From the UHGV virus genome UHGV-0215688: 19,127 nt of DNA. One strand, 5' to 3'. Positions within the stretch are counted from its first letter, which is position 1; every line of letters starts with the position of its first letter. Below, in pieces: positions 1 to 7,334 of this stretch. The stretch is from a virus. The translations under genes were made by a program, and so were the position numbers. The notes beneath the pieces were generated by a model. That model saw only the letters and a program-made list of their open reading frames with translations, did no database searches and was not told the DNA's origin.

Positions 1-116
1 CATAACCTGAATCTGAGGCAGCACCTGGCACGGCTGGGACGGAAGTCGCTGTCGTTCTCAAAATCGGTGGAGCTGCATGACAAAGTCATCGGGCATTATC
101 TGAACATAAAACACTA

Positions 117-566
117 TCAATAAGTTGGAGTCATTACCCAGAATTCTATGCTAACGCTCCATGAAGGATCATTTATCAAATGGAATGATAGAGGTGTCGA
201 GCCATGTATAAATGCCAAATTCGCAATCCAAGTCCTTATGCTAAAAACATAATCACCTGGCACATACCCCCCATTATGGCTATTTACACAGTAAATTATT
301 ACCATTATCGCTGATGATATGAAGGTAAGAGGCCACAGCCTCGCCAGTCTATTCAAGAAATATGACGGGATAGACGCCCCATTTCTTACAGAATGGGTAA
401 GCACAAATCCCGAAATGATGAAAAAATATGCAACAGCCAAGTGAGGGCCACTAAATGGCCCGTCATTTTTCCAACCAGTAACAGCATTGATGGCGTGATT
501 TAAAAGCACTACGCAAGCAAAAAGGCCGCGCAAACCATCAACAGCATAGAAGCGTTTAATTTCCAT
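117..566 (-). pseudogene. Acyltransferase family 3 (O-antigen/LPS acyltransferase-like), N-terminal fragment, truncated at 149 aa
   Basis: Translation carries the N-terminal hallmarks of acyltransferase-3 membrane enzymes: RFYAVDGLRGLFACVVLLNH, FFIISGFVL, NRLARLWPL, WSVSIEF. Full-length members are about 330+ aa; here the frame stops at 117 and all three minus frames hit stops shortly after. ATG at 564-566 has no Shine-Dalgarno. Gene is visibly AT-rich against the GC-rich phage backbone. Confidence 0.5.
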
Positions 567-590
567 AACAATTTATTTAAAAAAAGAAAA

Positions 591-596
591 ATTATA
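591..596 (-). promoter_or_regulatory. Candidate -10 hexamer (TATAAT on minus strand) upstream of the acyltransferase fragment
   Basis: Plus-strand attata at 591-596 is a perfect TATAAT on the minus strand, 24 nt upstream of the ATG at 566. No convincing -35 was found. Confidence 0.25.
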
Positions 597-685
597 CTAG
601 AAATATATCATCAACATCTATGCCATTGATGATTAAGTGATGATTGTCACATTTTTATGTTTCTGGCTAGATTGCTGTCAGCGCT

Positions 686-853
686 TTACGCGTTTGACTC
701 AGGTTCGGTGAACGCTCCCTCTTCATAAATCCATCCGATTCCACATGGAATTCCGTCTATTTTAACAACCTTAAAATCATCAAAAATATGACCTTCACCA
801 TCCCATATAACAACATTAACAACTATTCCATCTGTAATTAATGCATATCTCAT
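686..853 (-). CDS. Small hypothetical protein (55 aa) translationally coupled to the tail fibre gene
   Basis: ORF track gives 686..874. The ATG at 851-853 overlaps the fibre TGA stop (ATGA) and has GGAGG 7 nt upstream, so the likely product starts [22 protein letters not shown]. Visibly AT-rich compared with the fibre gene. Confidence 0.5.
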   Translation of the reverse strand: MRYALITDGIVVNVVIWDGEGHIFDDFKVVKIDGIPCGIGWIYEEGAFTEPESNA

Positions 854-1776
854 GCAAATTCCTCCACAAGACAAATACCATCAGCACCTTCACCACCATA
901 AAAACGCGTGGAGAAGACCTGCGTGTCATATGCGCCAGCGCCGCCGCCGCCAGGGACTAATGCTTTCGCAATTATCGGTGAAGATACAGTACACTGCCCC
1001 GCTCTTCGGCTGCCACCCCAAAAGCTTGAACCGCCGTACCCATTAAGGAATCTGGTATTACTTTGGCCATCTCCGCCATCTCCGCCGGCTAGATTTACAT
1101 CACCACCAGACCCGGCAACTCCAACGCCGCCTGATGCATATACAGTGGAAGCAGTGGACGGGTTTCCGCCTGTGGCAACCATCCCGCTAAATGTTGAGTT
1201 ACCGCCTTTTGTTGCCTCAGTGCCGCCGGCACCGATAACCACGGCAAAGTTTGTGATATCAGCCACGTTGAACCATTTGATACCTGTAGCGCCTGCAGCC
1301 CCCCCCGCACCGGAAAAGTTATCGGTTGGGGCACCACTATTAAAAGCGCCACCTCCGCCACCACCTCCTCCCGTTAGAGTTACTTTGATGCGCTTCGTCA
1401 GCGGGTTTAGCGTTACTGTTTTTGATGAGGTGATCCACTGCTCGGCAATCTTCCTACCTACGTATCCGTTGGTATCTCCCAAATCAAGGTTTGCGAGAGC
1501 CGTTTTCACCGTGCCATCCGATTTGATATCGCCAAACGGATTCTTGCGGCTTAACAGCAGAGCACGAAGCGCGGTAAGCAACTGGTCGTGCCGCGCCTTC
1601 TCCAGACTGGCACCAGATGCCTCAACAACGCTACAAAGTTCTTCCTGCAACATGTCAAAGTAGTCATCATCCAGATCGGTGGCAGGCGTGCCAGTCTGGG
1701 GGTTACCACGGGTAAAACCGTTCTTACCCGCGCCGAACTTATCCTTCTGCGCGGTTTTCGTGTCTATACGATGCAT
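850..1776 (-). CDS. Tail fibre protein with conserved N-terminal domain and glycine-rich C-terminal region
   Basis: 308 aa, last gene of the tail operon directly after the gp48-like gene. N-terminus [58 protein letters not shown] resembles side-tail-fibre N-termini of Mu/e14-type prophages, as recalled. C-terminal half is Gly-rich with an octa-glycine run. GGAG RBS 6 nt upstream of the ATG. Confidence 0.75.
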   Translation of the reverse strand: MHRIDTKTAQKDKFGAGKNGFTRGNPQTGTPATDLDDDYFDMLQEELCSVVEASGASLEKARHDQLLTALRALLLSRKNPFGDIKSDGTVKTALANLDLGDTNGYVGRKIAEQWITSSKTVTLNPLTKRIKVTLTGGGGGGGGAFNSGAPTDNFSGAGGAAGATGIKWFNVADITNFAVVIGAGGTEATKGGNSTFSGMVATGGNPSTASTVYASGGVGVAGSGGDVNLAGGDGGDGQSNTRFLNGYGGSSFWGGSRRAGQCTVSSPIIAKALVPGGGGAGAYDTQVFSTRFYGGEGADGICLVEEFA

Positions 1777-1779
1777 GGA

Positions 1780-2364
1780 TTACTCCGGATATTTAAAAAT
1801 TACGTAGGTATGCGACGGGCAGAGTTTGTTAAGCACACACTCGACAACGGTGTCGCCCCAGATACGCAGTGCGGAATCACAGGGATCGCCACATGTCATC
1901 CAGGTGGTGTTGGTGGTGGTTGGCATGTTGACATGCCAGTAATACCGCCATTCCGGCGCATTCACCGCGTCAGTACAGGCCGATGAGCAGGTGAACGTGC
2001 TTTTGTCGTATCGCGTGATGGTGGCATCTGGTCTGCCCAGGGCAGCAAGCTGTGCAAGATAAAAATCCTCGTTGATGCCGCCCGCCAGGTTAACCTTCGC
2101 ATCCAGCCGTTGCTGACGCTGGCGAAGGGTCTGCGTTCCCGCCGGAATACATTCATCCGGCAGACCGCACAGACGCTCCCAGCGGTTTATCAGTTCAGTG
2201 GTGGTGCGCGGATCCAGCTCCCGCATCAGGGCATCCGCACGCTGATGAACACGGGTTAATGACGGTGCCGCACCGGCAATCGCCGGATCGCTGGCTGACC
2301 ACGCCGGACCGGGCGGCAACAGTGCCGATAACAGGCGGATGTAATCATCGTTTGTCACGTCCAT
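1780..2364 (-). CDS. Mu gp48-like tail/baseplate protein (YmfQ/DUF2313-like)
   Basis: 194 aa, immediately between the baseplate J-like gene and the fibre gene, which is the gp48 position in Mu-like tail modules. Start overlaps the J stop by about 10 nt. Confidence 0.7.
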   Translation of the reverse strand: MDVTNDDYIRLLSALLPPGPAWSASDPAIAGAAPSLTRVHQRADALMRELDPRTTTELINRWERLCGLPDECIPAGTQTLRQRQQRLDAKVNLAGGINEDFYLAQLAALGRPDATITRYDKSTFTCSSACTDAVNAPEWRYYWHVNMPTTTNTTWMTCGDPCDSALRIWGDTVVECVLNKLCPSHTYVIFKYPE

Positions 2365-3413
2365 GAAATCGTCCCCAGTACCGCCAGTTCGTTTTTCGCA
2401 ATGGAGATATTGTCCACCGGTGCAAGCAACTGATGGCTGTATTCCCCGTTCGCACCGGAAATCGCCTCACTGATACGCGACACCTTCAGTTCTCCCTGCG
2501 GATAACCATCACGCAGCAGGAACGAACGCAACTCCGCGGTGATGGCAGCCCGTATTTCCGGTGTATCCGGCGTCACGCGGATATGAAAATCCACCGTATG
2601 TGCCACCGGCCTGAACACATACAAGTCAGAACCTGCCACCGGGGCCAGTGGCCCGATATGTTGTATTGCCGCCGTTTCCGTTGATTCTTCCGGAATGGGA
2701 TTAATCAGGTCACTGCTGGCAATCATCACACCGACAGTTCCCGTTCCCATCCAGTGACGGTATGTCCATGCGCGGGTAATGCCGGGCACTTCTTTAGCCC
2801 AGACGACATAGTCCCCGTCAGCCCCGCCCTGCGGCGTCCAGTAATACCGCTCAATGACGCGGGCGCGCCACGTTTCCAGATCTTCAGTATCGAATCCGCC
2901 AGTCAGGGTATCTGCAACACCGGAAGACGGCAGACCATTCACCGGCGTGACTAGGATTAATGCCGTACCGTCGTCAGCGTTACCGACCGCGCCTGCATTT
3001 GAGCAAGTGATCGGCACACGCAGGACACCACCGGAGCTGGTTGCATCGGCAGTTGCCGTGTACTGAACCAGGTCATCGCGCTGAATCACGCTCCCGGCAG
3101 TCACCTTCAGGCCATCGCTGACACCTTCCCAGCGCATATACCCGCTGGCAGCCGTGGCCCCCTTGCGCGGACACCGTTTCATCGCAGCATGTCGCGCCAG
3201 CCAGGACTCATCGCACAGGTCAGGCAGCATATTCATTGCCAGATAATCGATGTACCCGTAGACCGTATGCAGCGCCGCCGCATACACCTTTGCCCGCACG
3301 TCTTCATCCATGCGCCGGAGCGTGTTGCTGACGTCCAGCCTGGCGAATAAATCGTTACGGAGCATACTGATATTTTCTGCCAGCGTCGGGCGCTGAAATT
3401 CACTGTCCGCCAT
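2355..3413 (-). CDS. Baseplate J-like protein (Mu gp47-like)
   Basis: 352 aa; size and position between the gp46-like and gp48-like genes match the baseplate wedge J family. Start ATG at 3411-3413 overlaps the upstream stop. Confidence 0.8.
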   Translation of the reverse strand: MADSEFQRPTLAENISMLRNDLFARLDVSNTLRRMDEDVRAKVYAAALHTVYGYIDYLAMNMLPDLCDESWLARHAAMKRCPRKGATAASGYMRWEGVSDGLKVTAGSVIQRDDLVQYTATADATSSGGVLRVPITCSNAGAVGNADDGTALILVTPVNGLPSSGVADTLTGGFDTEDLETWRARVIERYYWTPQGGADGDYVVWAKEVPGITRAWTYRHWMGTGTVGVMIASSDLINPIPEESTETAAIQHIGPLAPVAGSDLYVFRPVAHTVDFHIRVTPDTPEIRAAITAELRSFLLRDGYPQGELKVSRISEAISGANGEYSHQLLAPVDNISIAKNELAVLGTISWT

Positions 3414-3828
3414 GCGTTATCGCACTCCACAGATCATCAAAAGAAATCATTACCGGTCCGTCACGACGCCAGAGAGTGATACTGTTACCCAGTTCATTAA
3501 TCCCGGTACGGCGGATATCCAGATCAATACGGGACACCACGCCGTCATCAATCATCCATTGCAGGCATTCGCGGATATATCCCCTTACCGTCTGCACCAG
3601 CTGATTGGTCAGTTTGCTGCGCTGAAGCAGCCACAGTCGGGAGCCGTAACGGTCATTCTGTACCGCAGGCCAGGTATCCCCCCACCATCCCATCGGGACG
3701 TCGGCGTTGTCATCAGGCTCCGCCCGCCGCCAGGTAAACAGGGAAATCACCACGGCGCGGGTCAGCGGATCCAGCGGTGCGCTGGCGCAGGTGCGTTTAC
3801 CGTTCACCGTCAGCCACAGTTCCATCAT
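3400..3828 (-). CDS. Mu gp46-like baseplate protein
   Basis: 142 aa between the gp45-like and J-like genes. Tandem ATG ATG at 3828-3823 overlaps the gp45 TGA; the second ATG has better GGAGG spacing. Confidence 0.7.
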   Translation of the reverse strand: MMELWLTVNGKRTCASAPLDPLTRAVVISLFTWRRAEPDDNADVPMGWWGDTWPAVQNDRYGSRLWLLQRSKLTNQLVQTVRGYIRECLQWMIDDGVVSRIDLDIRRTGINELGNSITLWRRDGPVMISFDDLWSAITHGGQ

Positions 3829-4373
3829 GCCTCCATCGCTTTATCAGGTTTGTCGGTGTTACTGCCCTGACCGTTCTCTCTGTGACGATGCCCGTTATAG
3901 GCAAGCCGCATCGCTGACATGGTGGTGCCGCCGGAGTCGCACAGGTCTTTCACCTGTCCGGTCACTTCCAGGTCCATTTCAAAACGTGCTTTAGGTGAAT
4001 TGCGAAACGTGATCGTTTTACCTGCACCGTCCACCACGATCCCCTCCCGGGTCAGCGTCACGGACTGCCCCTGATCGTCATAGACAGCCACCTCACCCGT
4101 CTGCAGCCCTTTCAGGCGGTAGCGCCGGTCCGACACCGTAACAACCACCGCATGAGAACGGTCGCCATCCGGAAACAACACCACCGCTTCCGCACCGCTG
4201 TTTGCCCTTGCGGTAAAACCGTAGGGTTCAAGATGTTCAACCCCGGCTTTGGGTTCACCGGCAATCAGGGACACATCCACGGTCTGACATTTCGTGGCGG
4301 CACTGATGCTTTTCACCACGGCCCGCCCAATCAGGCCGAGGAGTTGTCGCTGCATGGCTTCAATCGTCCTCAT
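3825..4373 (-). CDS. Baseplate assembly protein V-like spike (Mu gp45-like)
   Basis: 182 aa; N-terminal region (GLIGRAVVKSI...TVDVSLIAGEPKAGVEHLEPYGFT) is typical of gpV/gp45 baseplate spike proteins. The ATG shares one nucleotide with the stop of the P-like gene (TGATG). Confidence 0.75.
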   Translation of the reverse strand: MRTIEAMQRQLLGLIGRAVVKSISAATKCQTVDVSLIAGEPKAGVEHLEPYGFTARANSGAEAVVLFPDGDRSHAVVVTVSDRRYRLKGLQTGEVAVYDDQGQSVTLTREGIVVDGAGKTITFRNSPKARFEMDLEVTGQVKDLCDSGGTTMSAMRLAYNGHRHRENGQGSNTDKPDKAMEA

Positions 4374-5452
4374 CAGAACGGGTCCTCCTGTACTCTGGCT
4401 TTTTTCTTTTTCCGCGCGCCGGGGGCTTCGGGTTCAGGCAGATAAGCATCAGGTGGGCCGACACGGATTTCCGTCAGGGTGCCGTTCTGGTCCTGAGTAA
4501 ACGTGACTTCCGAAACAAGCAGTTCGGTATTGTCGAAACCACAGACCGGATCAAAGACAATCACCCGCTGGTTGGGCTGCCACAGCGTACCGTTACACTG
4601 TCGCCAGCCCTGCACCACATAGGTGGTTTCATCCGTCCGCGCCGCCCGTTGTCTGGCTTCAAAGTCCGCACGGGCAATACAGCCTGCCCCCGTAGCCTGC
4701 CCTGTCTGCCTGATATACATCGGACGGTAACGGGCAATAAATGCGTCCTCTGTGCGGGCCCGCAGCGCGGTGGTGGTGGCCTCACCGAAATCATCGTCGT
4801 TTCCGGCACGCTGCCCCGCCACCTGGTAAACAGAAAACCGCTCCCGGATACTCTTCTCCGTATCGCAGGAAAGGATGTTTTCCCCGAGTACCAGCGCAGT
4901 ATGTGCCCGAGTTGAGCCAATACCGCCAATCACCAGCCTGCCGTGCGGGTCGTCGTAAGCCAGTGCCTGCTGCTGACCGAGTATTTTGTTGATTACCTCA
5001 ATCACCGTTTCACCGTGATCAGGCTGAACATCAGGAATAACACCCGACGGCGCACCGCTGTTCACCACCTCAATGCCGAAAGGCGCAGCAAGCGCCTGCG
5101 CAATCTGCACCAGCGAGCGTCCGTTAAACTGTGTCGGTTCGGCTGCACAGTCAATCAGGTCAGCCGTCAGACTACGTCCGACAATACCGGTGCTGACCGA
5201 ACGGGAATCGTAACGAACGGGCGTCGCCTCCACCCAGCCGGTGATCACCAGCTCATCACCAATCAGCACTTCCACTTTTGAACCGTTTTTAATGCGCGGC
5301 TGAAGCGTGGTGATACCCTCATCTCCCGGCCACTGGCGGGTGATCTCCACACTGAAATCCCGCGCCAGCCGTTCAATACCGGCACCGATGCGCACCGATG
5401 TCCAGCCATTCCACTCCCGGCCATTTACCCGTAGCGTGACATTGTCGTTCAT
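4373..5452 (-). CDS. Mu gpP-like tail protein (late control D-like baseplate hub)
   Basis: 359 aa following the N gene with an ATGA overlap; N-terminus MNDNVTLRVNGREWNGWTSVRIGAGIERLARDF matches Mu P/gpD-like tail proteins as recalled. Confidence 0.75.
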   Translation of the reverse strand: MNDNVTLRVNGREWNGWTSVRIGAGIERLARDFSVEITRQWPGDEGITTLQPRIKNGSKVEVLIGDELVITGWVEATPVRYDSRSVSTGIVGRSLTADLIDCAAEPTQFNGRSLVQIAQALAAPFGIEVVNSGAPSGVIPDVQPDHGETVIEVINKILGQQQALAYDDPHGRLVIGGIGSTRAHTALVLGENILSCDTEKSIRERFSVYQVAGQRAGNDDDFGEATTTALRARTEDAFIARYRPMYIRQTGQATGAGCIARADFEARQRAARTDETTYVVQGWRQCNGTLWQPNQRVIVFDPVCGFDNTELLVSEVTFTQDQNGTLTEIRVGPPDAYLPEPEAPGARKKKKARVQEDPF

Positions 5453-6777
5453 TGCACTGGCACCTTCAGAGGGATCACCGGCACAAAGCCGGGATGCGTA
5501 ATGGCATTACGCCGGATAATGTCCGCGTCACGCGCCGCGTTATCAAACCAGGTCGCCGCCAGCACCAGCGCGGGTAAAACCTCATCCGGTGTGCGCTGAA
5601 TGATCCGTGCAGACTGTTCAAGGCGCGTGTTGATATCCGCATTCAGATCTGCTTTCACCCGGCGCAGCGCCAGAAACAGCGCATCACTGGTTGTACGGGA
5701 CAACTCCTTATCAATTGCCGTATTCAGTGTGTCGCGAATGTCAGTCAGTTCTTCCCACGTCGGCAGGTCAACCGTGTTTTTCACCGCCGGTGCATTGTTC
5801 AGTGCCGGATGCGTGACGGAAGGCCAGCCAGTGCTCTGCGCGGGTGTTGTTGCCTGCCCCACTGCGGCATTCTGCATCACCGCGGAAGTTGTTGGCGCAG
5901 GCAATCGGGTGACGGCATACGCCGCTTCGCTGATTGCGGTCGTACGAAGGGTGCTGGCAACCACGTTACGCTGCTGCGTCGCCGTGGCGGTGGTTTTACT
6001 GTCCGTTTTCCAGACGCCGCGCGGTTGCAGATCGCTGCCGAGGCTGACACCGGAAAGCGTTTTGATCATGGTGACCAGGTCGCTGGCGTTACCATAAAGG
6101 CGTTTCCCGGTACGCCACATTTTCTGCACCTGCTCAACGAAATTTTTGCCTGACGATGGCGGCGGCAGAAGTACCGAGATATCCCCCTGCAACAGCCTGG
6201 CGGCATCCGATACGGCAGAATCCACCACTTTCATCGCATCAGAAACATACCCCAGCATTATGCTGGCATTACCGATAACGTCGTTCTGCACGAAATCCGC
6301 AACACCATCGATACTGAAACCGCTGAAGCTGTCACTGATGCAGTCATCCAGTGCAGAACAGGATGACATCAGCGTCTGCGCCGTCGCCGCACCTGATGTG
6401 GGGTAAGAGAGTTCTCCTGCTTCGACAAACTTCAGGTCAAAGCGGACAATACGCCCTTCACTTTTCGATGTGCTGACCCGAACTTCCCCGTCAACACAGA
6501 CTTTCAGCTCACCATATGTCGGGTGGACAAGCGTGCCTGGACCGGGTTTATTCAGCGCGTCAATCAGGCGATCGCGCTGGTCAAAGCAGTCATCTCCCAC
6601 CACATAAGCTGTGATGGACGGGCGGAAAGTGATTTTCCCCAGGTCTTCGGTATAGGGTTTGTCGCGGTTTGGGTATTCATGCGTTTCAACCCGACGTCCT
6701 ACCGGGGCCCCTTCATCTTCTACCTTGAACGGAACGCCGCGAAACGACGCTTCAACCAGTCTGTCTTTCCACGCCAT
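5449..6777 (-). CDS. DNA circularization protein N-like tail protein (Mu gpN-like)
   Basis: N-terminal MAWKDRLVEASFRGVPFKVEDEG...HEYPNRDKPYTEDLGK resembles the Mu N N-terminal domain. Listed with the in-frame ATG at 6775-6777; the ORF track starts at an in-frame TTG at 6789. Sits directly downstream of the tape measure and moron in Mu-like order. Confidence 0.8.
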   Translation of the reverse strand: MAWKDRLVEASFRGVPFKVEDEGAPVGRRVETHEYPNRDKPYTEDLGKITFRPSITAYVVGDDCFDQRDRLIDALNKPGPGTLVHPTYGELKVCVDGEVRVSTSKSEGRIVRFDLKFVEAGELSYPTSGAATAQTLMSSCSALDDCISDSFSGFSIDGVADFVQNDVIGNASIMLGYVSDAMKVVDSAVSDAARLLQGDISVLLPPPSSGKNFVEQVQKMWRTGKRLYGNASDLVTMIKTLSGVSLGSDLQPRGVWKTDSKTTATATQQRNVVASTLRTTAISEAAYAVTRLPAPTTSAVMQNAAVGQATTPAQSTGWPSVTHPALNNAPAVKNTVDLPTWEELTDIRDTLNTAIDKELSRTTSDALFLALRRVKADLNADINTRLEQSARIIQRTPDEVLPALVLAATWFDNAARDADIIRRNAITHPGFVPVIPLKVPVQ

Positions 6778-6805
6778 TGTCTGCACCAATATGATTTGTT
6801 ATAAG
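6777..6805 (+). promoter_or_regulatory. Sigma70-like promoter for the moron gene (-35 TTGTCT, 17-nt spacer, extended -10 TGTTATAAG)
   Basis: TTGTCT at 6777-6782, 17-nt spacer, TG at 6797-6798, then TATAAG at 6800-6805; about 65 nt upstream of the moron ATG. Overlaps the start of the divergent N gene. Confidence 0.4.
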
Positions 6806-6869
6806 CTACTCTGTTTCAGACGCTTCTTTCGAAGCGACAGAAAACATTTACCTTTAAGGAGAGGTATAA

Positions 6870-7307
6870 ATGGAAATGTTTTTGCCGTTAATACTGGGTT
6901 TGTTGCTAGCCGTTTTCATAGGACGGTGGGCTTATAAAAAAGAAAAGACCAAGCCCAGAAAAATAATGGCTGCTCTTCTCGGTGCTGTTTTTGGATTCTT
7001 CGCACCACTGATAATCGCAGCGTTTGTTATGACTCCCCCAGAAAAAGAAAAAACTAAAGAGGAGCTTGTTATGGCAAAGCTCACACGCTCTTTGGATGGT
7101 TGTCCACTTGATATGAAAGATCGCGTGAAAGAATCAATGAATGATCCCGATAGTTTTGAATGTATCGAAACTAACGTTATACGTCGTAAAGATGATTACG
7201 TCATGATCATGCAGTTCCGTGGCAAAAACCAATTAGGGGGAATGGTTAAAAATGTCGCCAAGGCGGAATATGACTCAGAGGGAAATTTCGCAAGGTTCAT
7301 CAATTAA
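6870..7307 (+). CDS. Moron: 145-aa two-helix membrane protein with a roughly 90-aa C-terminal soluble domain (candidate superinfection exclusion protein)
   Basis: Only convincing plus-strand gene in the window. Strong RBS AAGGAGAGG 5 nt before the ATG. Two hydrophobic helices (about residues 3-19 and 33-54) separated by a Lys-rich loop YKKEKTKPRK, followed by a domain with two Cys. Strongly AT-rich against neighbours; hairpin immediately after the stop. Confidence 0.75.
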   Translation: MEMFLPLILGLLLAVFIGRWAYKKEKTKPRKIMAALLGAVFGFFAPLIIAAFVMTPPEKEKTKEELVMAKLTRSLDGCPLDMKDRVKESMNDPDSFECIETNVIRRKDDYVMIMQFRGKNQLGGMVKNVAKAEYDSEGNFARFIN

Positions 7308-7311
7308 AAAC

Positions 7312-7334
7312 AATGGGAGGTTTACCCTCCCATT
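7312..7334. terminator. Perfect 9-bp stem / 5-nt loop hairpin between the convergent moron and tape-measure genes
   Basis: aatgggagg (7312-7320), loop tttac, cctcccatt (7326-7334). The tape-measure stop codon (7322-7324) lies in the loop. A T-run follows only on the minus-strand side (GTTTTTAA). Confidence 0.5.

Noticed and set aside
1-123. Open plus-strand frame of 40 codons running from the window edge to TAA at 121-123 (...[20 protein letters not shown])
   Set aside because: Could be the 3' end of a gene convergent with the acyltransferase fragment, but 40 open codons is within chance expectation and no family was recognised; not callable without upstream sequence.
908-1663. 251-aa proline-rich plus-strand ORF
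   Set aside because: It is the antisense of the glycine-rich tail fibre gene (GGN codons read as NCC = Pro on the other strand), has no RBS, and is fully embedded in a recognisable gene.
686-1776. Invertible tail-fibre segment (Gin/Pin-type host-range switch) downstream of the fibre gene
   Set aside because: No serine invertase gene and no obvious flanking inverted crossover sites were seen around the fibre 3' end; the downstream ORF is a tiny coupled gene rather than an inverted alternative fibre C-terminus.
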